A stretch of 64,000 bases of DNA, from positions 831 through 64,830 of the forward strand of contig JAVEZX010000003.1 of NCBI GenBank assembly GCA_034002785.1, given 5' to 3'. Made by a program: the position numbers and the translations under genes. Positions 47,900 to 57,321 of this stretch are shown here, one piece after another (position 1 is the stretch's first letter; each line of letters opens with the position of its first letter). Origin of the DNA: Bacteroidales bacterium. GTDB lineage: Bacteria; Bacteroidota; Bacteroidia; Bacteroidales; VadinHA17. The notes under the pieces were generated by a model, which saw nothing but the letters and a program-made list of their open reading frames with translations, ran no database searches and was not told the origin of the DNA.

Positions 47900-49182
47900 A
47901 AGCCAAGGAGAGACATAATATCCCCGGAATAATAACACCGTCAGCGGGAGACACCAGTCTCCCGGGCATGGTGAAGCTGGGCAACGGCGTCCCTGTTTAT
48001 CTTGTAGGCAACGGTACCGTCGACCTGATGCGGGTAGAATTCGGCTTCAGGGCAGGACAGGTCATGGAAGATGCCCACCTGTCCGCCTCAGCAGCAAATG
48101 CAATGCTTACCGAGGGAACGCTGAATCATGATGCTTCCACCATAAATGATCTTATTGACAGTACCGGTGCCGTGCTCAACCATGTGGCCGACAAGGATAC
48201 AGCAGGGCTGGTTGCTGTGACTATTACGCGAAAGCTTGATGAGATCATGGCTCTGGCCGGCGAGGTGCTGTTCAGCCCCTCCTTCCCCGAAAATGAATTC
48301 AGGATGCTGACAGAAAGAAGGGTACAGGCATTCCGGACCGGAAGGCAGAAGACATCGGTTATAGCCAGGGAGTCATTTTACGAGGCACTCTGCGGCTCAC
48401 GCAATCCTTACGGACGCATATCAACGGAATCAGATTACCGTTCACTGAGCACTTCCGACCTGCGGTTGTTCCATGAGAGACATTACCAGCCCGGAAACAT
48501 GTACATAACCGTTGCCGGCAGGGAGCCTGAACGGGTGCTGCCTGTACTGGAGCGTTATTTCGGGCACGGCAACAGCAACGGATGGGTGAAGCCCGAATAT
48601 CCATCACTGCTGTTTGAGTCCCTGCAGCCCGGCATGATCTTTCGCGAAGTAGCCAGCCCGGTTCAGAGCACTGTCAGAATGGGATGGAAGGGGATCACCC
48701 GGACACATCCGGACTACCAGGGCCTCCAGGTGGCAACAATGATACTGGGAGGTTATTTCGGCTCACGGCTGATGCGCAACATCAGGGAAGACAAAGGGTA
48801 CACCTACGGTATTCACGCCGTCGCAGGCGCATTCAGGGAGAGGGGCTACATCACCCTGATGACTGACGTAGCCAATGAATACCGTGATGCTGTATTGAGC
48901 GAAATAAGAAAGGAGATTGAGACTCTGATGCAAGAGGAGGCTGGCGAAGACGAAATGACCCTGGTGAGAAATCACCTGATGGGTGAGATCGCGCGGATGT
49001 TCGATGGTCCTTTCGCAGTGGCAGAGGCTATGAGGGGAGTCATAGACTACGAGGCAGGGGCTGACTACTACACGAGGCTCGCAGAGACTGTCAGAACGAT
49101 TACGCCGTCTGAAATAAGGGAAATCTTCAGGACATATTTCTCCCCGGATGCGGCGTACATTATCATTGCTGGCGCAAGATGA
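47896..49182 (+). CDS. M16 family peptidase-like, non-catalytic partner
   Basis: Same fold and length, but SASAANAMLTEGT replaces the HxxEH motif. Its start overlaps the previous stop (ATGA). Confidence 0.8.
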   Translation: MKAKERHNIPGIITPSAGDTSLPGMVKLGNGVPVYLVGNGTVDLMRVEFGFRAGQVMEDAHLSASAANAMLTEGTLNHDASTINDLIDSTGAVLNHVADKDTAGLVAVTITRKLDEIMALAGEVLFSPSFPENEFRMLTERRVQAFRTGRQKTSVIARESFYEALCGSRNPYGRISTESDYRSLSTSDLRLFHERHYQPGNMYITVAGREPERVLPVLERYFGHGNSNGWVKPEYPSLLFESLQPGMIFREVASPVQSTVRMGWKGITRTHPDYQGLQVATMILGGYFGSRLMRNIREDKGYTYGIHAVAGAFRERGYITLMTDVANEYRDAVLSEIRKEIETLMQEEAGEDEMTLVRNHLMGEIARMFDGPFAVAEAMRGVIDYEAGADYYTRLAETVRTITPSEIREIFRTYFSPDAAYIIIAGAR

Positions 49183-50642
49183 AGCTGTCAAAATCATTGA
49201 CAACGGCGCTCATGACACTGTTTGTGTCAGGAGCAGCGGCAGGACAGGATGAGGTTCAGCCGGTCTCACCAGTACTCGACATAGTTACAGTTGATCCTGC
49301 ATCCGGTTTTGCGGAGATACGCTGGCTTCCTTCTGTCTCTGCTGATGTAGGCAGTTATGTAGTGTATACCTTTTCCGCAGGAACTGCCACGGCTATCGAC
49401 ACGGTACGGTCTCCCAATATCACCACCTTCATCCATTCGGCCTCAGCGGCCAGGTACCGCAGTGTAACCTATGTAGTTGCAGCGGTGGATTCCTCGCTTA
49501 ACATCAGTCCGTTGAGCAATCCGCTGAGCACGGTATGGCTTTCTGCCGTTAATGATGAATGCACCGGAAAGATCACCGTCACCTGGACACCCTATCAAAA
49601 CCAGCGGCATCCGGCAGTCAGCCAGACCCTACATATACGGTCATTCTCAGGCACATACGTCTCAGACGAGGTTTTGCCTGCTGCTGCAACCCTCTTTGAA
49701 TATACCGGGTATGAACCGGACACCGAATACTGTTTTCATGTCACTGCCAGCGATCCGGGAGGGTCTCTGGTTTACTCCAACAGCGCCTGTGTCACCACGG
49801 GCAGTGAAGTAGCTCCGTTGTGGGTTAATCTTGATGCCATCGCAGTTAACAGTGGCGGACTGACGGTATCAGGCAGCTATGACCAGGCCACTGACATGGT
49901 TGACTACCGCCTGACCAGGTACAACAGTGAAGCTGCTGCATGGGAGCAGGCTGCAGTTGCAACAGGGTCAGCCGGGGCAGTTCATTTCACCGTGCCCGCT
50001 GCTGACACCTCGGCTATAAGCCTTTACAGGGTAGCTGCCATCAACAGTTGCGGTCTGGAATCCACTTTGTCCGGACCAGCGCGAAATATGGTACTGACAG
50101 CAGATATAACGGGAACCCTTATCACGCTCCGGTGGAACAGGCCTGGTCCCGGCGGCGCTGGACTCTTCTCGGTGTGGCGTGATACGGGAGAAGGGCTGCG
50201 TGAGGTTGCCGGCGACCTGTCAGACACCCTATGGTCAGAGGACTATTCGGTCTTTGCCAATGATGTCACTGCCTCCGGAGTGCTGTACCGGGTCACTGCC
50301 GCAGATCCCGGAGCGCCTGCCGGCTCGCCGGTGCACAGCTCTTCTGCTGCAGTAATTGCATCCACTGAAAACATCTTCATGCCCAACGCCTTCACCCCGG
50401 GTAAAGGCGGAGAGAATGCAACCTTCAGTCCGGAGTTCTCATTCATTCCTGAAGCATACGATTTCCGCATCTACTCCAGGAACGGAGCATTGATCTACCG
50501 GACCACCGATCACGGTGAAGGCTGGGATGGCAACTTCGAAGGTTCCCCTATGCCTCCGGGGGTATACCTCTGGCGACTCAGTCTCATTACACCTTCTGGA
50601 CGGACTGAAATCAGAAGCGGAACAGTAACTATACTTCCCTGA
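49179..50642 (+). CDS. secreted protein with T9SS type-B (gliding-motility-associated) C-terminal sorting domain
   Basis: Signal peptide. The C-terminal IFMPNAFTPGKGGENATFSP...RIYSRNGALIY...GWDGNFEGSPMPPGVYLWRL matches the type-B CTD pattern. The body resembles FN3/Ig-like repeats. Confidence 0.75.
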   Translation: MKLSKSLTTALMTLFVSGAAAGQDEVQPVSPVLDIVTVDPASGFAEIRWLPSVSADVGSYVVYTFSAGTATAIDTVRSPNITTFIHSASAARYRSVTYVVAAVDSSLNISPLSNPLSTVWLSAVNDECTGKITVTWTPYQNQRHPAVSQTLHIRSFSGTYVSDEVLPAAATLFEYTGYEPDTEYCFHVTASDPGGSLVYSNSACVTTGSEVAPLWVNLDAIAVNSGGLTVSGSYDQATDMVDYRLTRYNSEAAAWEQAAVATGSAGAVHFTVPAADTSAISLYRVAAINSCGLESTLSGPARNMVLTADITGTLITLRWNRPGPGGAGLFSVWRDTGEGLREVAGDLSDTLWSEDYSVFANDVTASGVLYRVTAADPGAPAGSPVHSSSAAVIASTENIFMPNAFTPGKGGENATFSPEFSFIPEAYDFRIYSRNGALIYRTTDHGEGWDGNFEGSPMPPGVYLWRLSLITPSGRTEIRSGTVTILP

Positions 50643-50649
50643 CAGCAGG

Positions 50650-50679
50650 TTTGACAATGGCCCCTTTTTCGTATCTTTG
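50650..50679 (+). promoter_or_regulatory. Bacteroidota-type promoter (-33 TTTG and -7 TAnnTTTG) for the RelA/SpoT gene
   Basis: tttg at 50650-50653 and tatctttg at 50672-50679 are separated by 18 nt. There are 24 nt between the -7 box and ATG 50704. Confidence 0.55.
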
Positions 50680-50703
50680 ACACTCCCTTGCAGGGCATTA
50701 CCA

Positions 50704-52965
50704 ATGGTAAAAACAAAGACTAAAATACTCACCCCGGAAGATATCAGCCGCATTGAAACAGAGTACAGTCTGCTCACTGACAACCTGTACAGATGTGACA
50801 AGCCAGGTGACAGGGAACTGATTGACAAGGCCTTCAGGTTTGCCAACGAGGCACACCGGGATATGTACAGAAACTCAGGTGAACCGTACATAATTCATCC
50901 CATCAATGTAGCGAGGATTGTGAATCAGGAGATCGGCCTGGGTGCAAAGTCGGTGGCTGCTGCGCTTCTTCATGACGTGGTAGAGGACACCGGGATACCC
51001 CTGGAGGAAATATCGAAACAGTTCGGACCCAAGATTGCCTCACTTATAGATGGACTGACCAAGATCTCAGGCACCTACAACAAGGAGACTAACTCGTTGC
51101 AGGCAGAGAACTTCCGGAAGATGCTGATGACCCTCTCGGATGATTTCAGGGTTATCCTCATTAAGATTGCCGACAGGCTTCACAACATGCGTACCCTCGA
51201 CTCGATGCCCGAGCACAAGAGGATGAAGATAGCCGGAGAAACAGTTTATCTGTATGCTCCGCTGGCTCACCGGCTGGGGCTCTTCGCCATAAAGACCGAG
51301 CTTGAGGATCTGAGCTTCAAATTCAGGCATCCGCGTATCTACGATGAGATCGCCCGGAAGGTCAAGATGGACGAGAAGAAGAACCTGGCCCTTATAAACA
51401 GGTTCAGTCTGCCGATAATAGAAGAGCTAAACAACAATAACATCATCTTTGACATTTCCGGAAGGTTTAAATCTATCTACTCCATCTGGAAGAAGATGCA
51501 GTCAAAGAACGTTCCTTTTGAGGAGGTGTATGACCTGCTGGCTGTCCGCATTGTCTTCGATCCGGGTCCGGAGATGAGTGAGAGGGCACAGTGCTGGCAG
51601 ATATACTCGCTCATTACAGACATCTACACTCCCAAGCCTGACAGGCTGCGTGACTGGATCAGCAGGCCCAAGCCCAACGGATACGAAGCCCTTCACCTGA
51701 CAGTCATGGGCCCCGAGGGGCGCTGGGTTGAGGTGCAGATACGAAGCCAGAGGATGGATGACATCGCAGAGCGAGGCTTTGCTGCGCACTGGAAATACAA
51801 GGGAGACACCTCTCAGTCGGAGAGTGAGCTCGACAAGTGGCTGAAACACATCCGGGAGATGCTTGCCAACCCGATGTCTGACCCGCTCACCTTCCTCGAT
51901 GAGTTCAAGATGAGCCTCTTCTCCTCGGAAATAATGGTATTCACCCCGAAGGGTCTGCTTGTCAACCTTCCAAAGGGAGCCTCAGCGCTTGACTTTGCAT
52001 ACGAGATACACACTGATATCGGGAACAAGGCCATTGGCGCCAAGGTAAACTACAAGCTGTCACCCCTCTCCACAACCCTGCAGAGCGGAGACCAGGTTGA
52101 GATAATCACCTCCAATATTGCTAAACCGGAAAAGGAGTGGCTCGAGTATGTGCATACCGCGAAGGCGAAGAATGCCATAAAAGATGCCCTGAAGGACCAG
52201 TCGACCGACCGTATCCAGAAGGGTATGGAGATGCTGGAGCAGAGGCTGAGCGAGCTGGGCATGCTCCCTAACTCGGACATAATCAAGAAGCTACTCGATA
52301 ATTACGAGTTACTGAATAAGGATGAGCTCTATTCGCGTATCGGACTGGGGTTGATAAACCTCGATGAGCTTCGGAAGGTATTGAAGAAGGCTCCGGAGGG
52401 AAGCCTTCGCAAATACTGGCGGCTGGCAGTAGGAGGCGTTACCCGTAAGGAGCCAGAGACAAAGGAGGTCCCTCCTCTTCCCGGTACTATAGACAAGAGC
52501 CATCCATACCTGCTTAGGGAAAATGTGGACAATACCGGTAATTCGTATGTGATAGCGAGCTGCTGTCAGCCTATCCCGGGTGACGAGGTGACGGGTTATG
52601 TTGATCACTCCAACAACATTATCGTTCACAAGCCCAAATGCCCTGCAGCCGTCAAGCTCATGTCCAGCGAGGGGAACAGGATCATACCGGTAAGGTGGAC
52701 CATTCACAAGCTTGCCTCTTTTCTTGCAAGGATCAGCATCAACGGTATTGACAGGATCGGGCTGGTGAGCGAGGTGACAACAATTATCTCCAAGGAGCTG
52801 AATGTCAACATACGGAACATAAACGTATCCGTGTATGACGGCATCTTCGAGGGAACTATTGACCTTTACGTTCATCACACGCGTGACCTGAACAACCTGA
52901 TCATGCAGCTTTCCAACATTAAGGGCATAGCCAGCGTAAAGAGAATAGAGGAATTTATTGAGTAG
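50704..52965 (+). CDS. bifunctional RelA/SpoT-homolog (p)ppGpp synthetase/hydrolase
   Basis: HD hydrolase motif HDVVEDT, synthetase block RDWISRPKPNGYEALHLTV, and TGS plus C-terminal ACT-like regions. I trimmed the start to ATG 50704. Confidence 0.9.
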   Translation: MVKTKTKILTPEDISRIETEYSLLTDNLYRCDKPGDRELIDKAFRFANEAHRDMYRNSGEPYIIHPINVARIVNQEIGLGAKSVAAALLHDVVEDTGIPLEEISKQFGPKIASLIDGLTKISGTYNKETNSLQAENFRKMLMTLSDDFRVILIKIADRLHNMRTLDSMPEHKRMKIAGETVYLYAPLAHRLGLFAIKTELEDLSFKFRHPRIYDEIARKVKMDEKKNLALINRFSLPIIEELNNNNIIFDISGRFKSIYSIWKKMQSKNVPFEEVYDLLAVRIVFDPGPEMSERAQCWQIYSLITDIYTPKPDRLRDWISRPKPNGYEALHLTVMGPEGRWVEVQIRSQRMDDIAERGFAAHWKYKGDTSQSESELDKWLKHIREMLANPMSDPLTFLDEFKMSLFSSEIMVFTPKGLLVNLPKGASALDFAYEIHTDIGNKAIGAKVNYKLSPLSTTLQSGDQVEIITSNIAKPEKEWLEYVHTAKAKNAIKDALKDQSTDRIQKGMEMLEQRLSELGMLPNSDIIKKLLDNYELLNKDELYSRIGLGLINLDELRKVLKKAPEGSLRKYWRLAVGGVTRKEPETKEVPPLPGTIDKSHPYLLRENVDNTGNSYVIASCCQPIPGDEVTGYVDHSNNIIVHKPKCPAAVKLMSSEGNRIIPVRWTIHKLASFLARISINGIDRIGLVSEVTTIISKELNVNIRNINVSVYDGIFEGTIDLYVHHTRDLNNLIMQLSNIKGIASVKRIEEFIE

Positions 52966-52996
52966 ACCCCGGTAGTCCGGGAAAAAGCAAGAAGCA

Positions 52997-53443
52997 ATGT
53001 CAGTCGATGATGCCAGGACGGTAGTTAAGCAGCTCTTCACCGAGTATCTTGTATCCAGGTCATTGAGGAAAACACCCGAGCGATTTGCCATCCTTGATGA
53101 GATCTATTCGAGGGACGGGCACTTCGATATAGAATCGCTCTTCGGCTTCATGAAGAACAAGAATTACCGGGTATCTCGGGCCACGCTTTACAATACGGTT
53201 GATTTACTGCTGGACTGCAAGCTGATTACAAGGCATAAATTCGGACGCAACCAGGCACAGTATGAAAAGACTTACAGGGCAGGGCACCATGACCACCTTA
53301 TTGACACAAGTTCAGGAAAAGTGATCGAGTTCATTGATCCCCGCATCAATGAAATCATAAGGAGTGCGTGTGAAGAAAACTCATTCGTTCCGCACCATTA
53401 TGCCCTTTATGTTTACGGTGTACAGGAAAAGGATGAGGATTAA
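52997..53443 (+). CDS. Fur-family transcriptional regulator
   Basis: The winged-helix N-terminus ([13 protein letters not shown]...[12 protein letters not shown]) and the GHHDHLID metal-site motif are present. Confidence 0.8.
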   Translation: MSVDDARTVVKQLFTEYLVSRSLRKTPERFAILDEIYSRDGHFDIESLFGFMKNKNYRVSRATLYNTVDLLLDCKLITRHKFGRNQAQYEKTYRAGHHDHLIDTSSGKVIEFIDPRINEIIRSACEENSFVPHHYALYVYGVQEKDED

Positions 53444-53512
53444 AAAGCCGTTGGCGCCGATTTATTTCGTAACTTCGGACCTGTTTTGTCTAATCAGGAT
53501 TATAGTTCAATA

Positions 53513-54775
53513 ATGAAGATTGATATTTTGCTGGGGCTCCAGTGGGGAGACGAGGGTAAGGGAAAGATTGTTGATGCATTAACCCCTCAGTACGACATAG
53601 TAGCAAGGTTTCAGGGTGGGCCCAATGCCGGTCACACAATCGAGTTTCTCGGGGCAAAGCATGTACTGCATCTTATCCCCTCAGGCATTTTCCATAATGA
53701 CAAAATCAATATAATCGGCAACGGACTGGTTATTGATCCGGTTGTCTTCCGTCACGAGGTGGAGAGCCTTGGAATAGACATTTCCACAGTTCGCTCAAGG
53801 TTGCTCATCTCGCTCAAGGCGCATCTGATCATGCCAACGCACAAACTGCTTGACGCAGCGCAGGAGGCATCTCTGGGTGAGTCGAAAATCGGGTCCACCC
53901 TCAGGGGTATCGGTCCGGCATACACAGACAAGGCTTCCCGCAACGGGCTAAGAGTTGGTGATCTTCTCAGGCACGACTTCAGGGAGATTTACCGTTCCCG
54001 TGTGAATGAGCATTTGCGGATGCTTCAGGGCTACGGATATAGCAGTGATCTCCAGTCACTTGAAGAGGAATGGCTTGATGCAGTAGAGTTCCTGAAGCAG
54101 TTTACTACCGTCAATGCGGACTATCATATTGACACTGCGCTGAAATCCGGAAAAAGGGTGCTGGCCGAAGGTGCCCAGGGGACGATGCTGGATATTGATT
54201 TCGGTACCTACCCCTTTGTCACTTCGTCAAATACTGTTGCTGCAGGTGCCTGTACAGGTCTTGGTGTGGCTCCGGGCCGTACCGGTGAGGTGTTTGGTAT
54301 CTTCAAGGCTTATTGCACCAGGGTGGGCAGCGGTCCTTTTCCCACCGAGCTCAATGATGCGGACGGTCAGCTCATGCGTGACCGGGGCAATGAATACGGT
54401 GCCACCACAGGCAGGCCGCGTCGCTGCGGATGGCTTGACCTGCCGGCTCTGAAATATGCCATCATGGTCAACGGAGTGACCAGGCTATTCATGATGAAGG
54501 CCGATGTCCTGTCCGGATTCGGTGAGGTAAAAGTATGCAGGGCGTATACAGTTAACGGCAGGGAGCAGACAGAACTGCCATACTGTCTCAATGATATTGA
54601 AGGATTGAACTATATCTCCTTTAAGGGATGGCACAGTGACATAACTGCATGCCGGAGCTGGGATGAGCTGCCATCAGAGTTGAAGGAGTACATTGAATAC
54701 ATCGAAAGGGAGACCGGCGTCCCGGTAACCATCGTCTCAGTTGGTCCTGACAGATCGGCCACAATCTACAGGTAA
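53513..54775 (+). CDS. purA: adenylosuccinate synthase
   Basis: The P-loop-like GLQWGDEGKGKIVD, plus GPNAGHT and TTGRPRRCGWLD. I trimmed the start to ATG 53513. Confidence 0.95.
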   Translation: MKIDILLGLQWGDEGKGKIVDALTPQYDIVARFQGGPNAGHTIEFLGAKHVLHLIPSGIFHNDKINIIGNGLVIDPVVFRHEVESLGIDISTVRSRLLISLKAHLIMPTHKLLDAAQEASLGESKIGSTLRGIGPAYTDKASRNGLRVGDLLRHDFREIYRSRVNEHLRMLQGYGYSSDLQSLEEEWLDAVEFLKQFTTVNADYHIDTALKSGKRVLAEGAQGTMLDIDFGTYPFVTSSNTVAAGACTGLGVAPGRTGEVFGIFKAYCTRVGSGPFPTELNDADGQLMRDRGNEYGATTGRPRRCGWLDLPALKYAIMVNGVTRLFMMKADVLSGFGEVKVCRAYTVNGREQTELPYCLNDIEGLNYISFKGWHSDITACRSWDELPSELKEYIEYIERETGVPVTIVSVGPDRSATIYR

Positions 54776-54778
54776 ACC

Positions 54779-55246
54779 TCAGTTATTCCTGTAAACCCAG
54801 GCCTCACCGTCAATCTTGTCCTGAATACCGGTTAGCGCGTTCCATGCGGCATGCAGGTCAGGGAACGACTGTGCAGAGACCAGTTGCCATTTCCCTCCGT
54901 TCATGTCAATCAGCCGGGCATCATAGCCAAAGCTCCTGATATGCTCGAGCCAGTCACTGGCATAGGCAGGTGTAAGAAAACTGCCTACAATAACATGGTA
55001 TCCCGTCATCACCATTGCCTGTTCTTCGGCTGCAATGGCAAGCTCTGCCTGGCGGGCGAGTTCAGCTTCATTCTCCTTTTCCTTGGCAACGCGTATCGAA
55101 TCGGCAATGCGGAATGCTTCCTGCTGCTGACGCAGAGCCTCAGCCTCGCGTGTCTTCTTCCCGAAAGGATTGATACTCTCCATAAAATCACATGAAGGAG
55201 TAAGCAGCAGTACGGCTGCAAGGAACACAAGCGACAATCTCTTCAT
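54779..55246 (-). CDS. SPOR-domain lipoprotein
   Basis: Signal plus lipobox (LLLTPSC), a charged linker, and a C-terminal GYHVIVGSFLTPAYASDWLEHIRSFGYDARLI SPOR-like repeat. Only 3 nt separate it from the convergent purA. Confidence 0.6.
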   Translation of the reverse strand: MKRLSLVFLAAVLLLTPSCDFMESINPFGKKTREAEALRQQQEAFRIADSIRVAKEKENEAELARQAELAIAAEEQAMVMTGYHVIVGSFLTPAYASDWLEHIRSFGYDARLIDMNGGKWQLVSAQSFPDLHAAWNALTGIQDKIDGEAWVYRNN

Positions 55247-55389
55247 AAATAACAGTTTTTCACTATTTTCTGTGCTAAAGGTATTGTATACATTGCAAAA
55301 ATGCAATCAATTATCCGGAATCCTGACCATTCAAGCCAATTCTTTTTCTATCTTAGATCGCGTTTTTTTAACACTTTAATAACTGATAT

Positions 55390-57303
55390 ATGAAGTCACT
55401 GATCCGGTTCTTCGAAGAAAATGTTGAAAAGTATTCGACCAACATCTACCTGTGGGAGAAGCTCCAGGAGAAATATGAAGGTACTACCTACCAGGAGACC
55501 AGGCGTCAGGTGCACGAATTCGGGGCCGGTCTGATGCAACTTGGTATCAATAAGGGTGACCGCGTAAGCATGCTGGCTGACGGGCGCAACAGCTGGGTCA
55601 TCGGAGAGCTGGGGATACTCTATGCAGGAGGCGTGAATGTGCCTCTCTCCATAAAGCTGAACCCGGAAGAGATCAGGTTTCGCCTGACCCATTCAGGATC
55701 GAAGATGGTTATCACGTCAAGCACCCAGGCGCCGAAGATACTCGAGGTCATTGACCGGTGTCCGGACATTACCAGGGTTATATTCATGGATCCTATGGAG
55801 GAGTATTCTGAGAGCCAGATTCACTTCAACGAGGTACGGAAGATAGGCCGTGAATGGCTCGAAATTCCTGCCAACAGGAAGAGCTTCGAAGAGTTTACGG
55901 CTTCCATCACTCCATCTGATTATGCGAATATTTGCTACACCTCAGGCACCACGGCAGATCCCAAGGGTATCATCCTTACCCACGGCAACTATGTGACAAA
56001 CGTTTACCAGTCGTACAGCCTGATGGATATACCTCAGTATTACAAGACTCTGCTTATCCTGCCCTGGGACCATTCGTTTGCTCACACGGCGGGCATTTAC
56101 GCCTTCATGGGCAAGGGAGCCAGCATCGCCTCAGTGAAGGTTGGAAAGACTCCGATGGAGACACTTCGCAACATTCCGATATGCATGAAGGAGATAAAGC
56201 CTAACCTGCTGATGAGCGTTCCGGCACTGGCCAAGAACTTCCGCAAGAACATCGAGAAAGGGATTAAGGAAAAGGGTAATATGACGGAGGCACTTTTCAA
56301 CTTCGCCCTGCAAACGGCATATTCGTATAACAAGGAAGGTTACAACAAGGGGCGCGGCATCCAGAAACTGAAGAAGCCGCTGCTCAGGCTGTTTGACAAA
56401 ATTCTTTTCAGCAAGGTACGGGAGGCATTCGGAGGCGAACTTGATTTCTTCATCGGAGGCGGTGCTCTGCTGGACATAGAGTTGCAGCGCTTTTTCTATG
56501 CAATCGGTGTGCCGATGTACCAGGGTTACGGCCTTTCGGAGGCATCACCAATCATCTCCTCCAACTCGGCCGCGAAACACAAGCTGGGTTCGTCGGGATA
56601 CCTGGTAAACAACATGGACCTGAAGATATGTGATGATGACGGAAATGATCTGCCCACCGGCCAGAAGGGTGAGATTGTGATCCGGGGAGGCAACGTAATG
56701 CACGGTTACTGGAAGAACGAGACCGCCACCAGGGATGCAATCCGCGACGGATGGCTCTGTACCGGTGACATGGGCTATATGAGTGAAGACGGTTTCCTTT
56801 ACGTGCTTGGCCGGTTCAAAAGCCTGCTCATTGCTGACGACGGGGAGAAGTTCAGTCCCGAAGGAATTGAGGAGGCTATCAGCGAACAGTCGAAGTACAT
56901 TGACCAGTGCATGCTGTACAATAACCAGAAACCCTATACAGTAGCTCTCATCGTACCCAATCAGCATGCGCTGAAGATCTACCTCGAAGACAGAAACATG
57001 TCAGCCACCACTGAGGAAGGAAAGAGAGCCGTTCTCAATCTAATTGAGAATGAAGTAAATGAATACCGCATTAATGGAAAGTACGGTCACATGTTTCCGC
57101 ACCGCTGGCTGCCGGTTGCATTGGGTGTGCTTAACGAGAGCTTCAATGAGAGCAACGGCATGATGAACTCGACAATGAAGATCGTCAGGGGCAAGATTAC
57201 CGACAGGTATCAGGATCTGATTGAGTGGCTTTACACCCCGATGGGAAAGATCGTCAACAATGAGCGAAACATGGAAGAAGTCGAAAAGATGAAACTCGGC
57301 TGA
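55390..57303 (+). CDS. long-chain fatty acid-CoA ligase (AMP-forming)
   Basis: AMP-binding motif YTSGTTADPKG, then GYGLSE, GDMGY and a large insertion typical of roughly 600-aa bacterial FACS-like enzymes. Confidence 0.85.
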   Translation: MKSLIRFFEENVEKYSTNIYLWEKLQEKYEGTTYQETRRQVHEFGAGLMQLGINKGDRVSMLADGRNSWVIGELGILYAGGVNVPLSIKLNPEEIRFRLTHSGSKMVITSSTQAPKILEVIDRCPDITRVIFMDPMEEYSESQIHFNEVRKIGREWLEIPANRKSFEEFTASITPSDYANICYTSGTTADPKGIILTHGNYVTNVYQSYSLMDIPQYYKTLLILPWDHSFAHTAGIYAFMGKGASIASVKVGKTPMETLRNIPICMKEIKPNLLMSVPALAKNFRKNIEKGIKEKGNMTEALFNFALQTAYSYNKEGYNKGRGIQKLKKPLLRLFDKILFSKVREAFGGELDFFIGGGALLDIELQRFFYAIGVPMYQGYGLSEASPIISSNSAAKHKLGSSGYLVNNMDLKICDDDGNDLPTGQKGEIVIRGGNVMHGYWKNETATRDAIRDGWLCTGDMGYMSEDGFLYVLGRFKSLLIADDGEKFSPEGIEEAISEQSKYIDQCMLYNNQKPYTVALIVPNQHALKIYLEDRNMSATTEEGKRAVLNLIENEVNEYRINGKYGHMFPHRWLPVALGVLNESFNESNGMMNSTMKIVRGKITDRYQDLIEWLYTPMGKIVNNERNMEEVEKMKLG

Positions 57304-57321
57304 TACTCAAACAAATCATAT

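Noticed and set aside
46658-49182. The M16 active/inactive pair could be a RiPP leader peptidase system.
   Set aside because: No precursor-peptide-like small ORF, radical SAM enzyme, cyclodehydratase or ABC exporter lies nearby.
52997-53443. The Fur-family protein lacks both CxxC pairs ([11 protein letters not shown] instead of HHHHLICxxCG).
   Set aside because: Fur homologs without the structural Cys4 zinc site are known, for example in pseudomonads. This is a subfamily trait rather than an anomaly.
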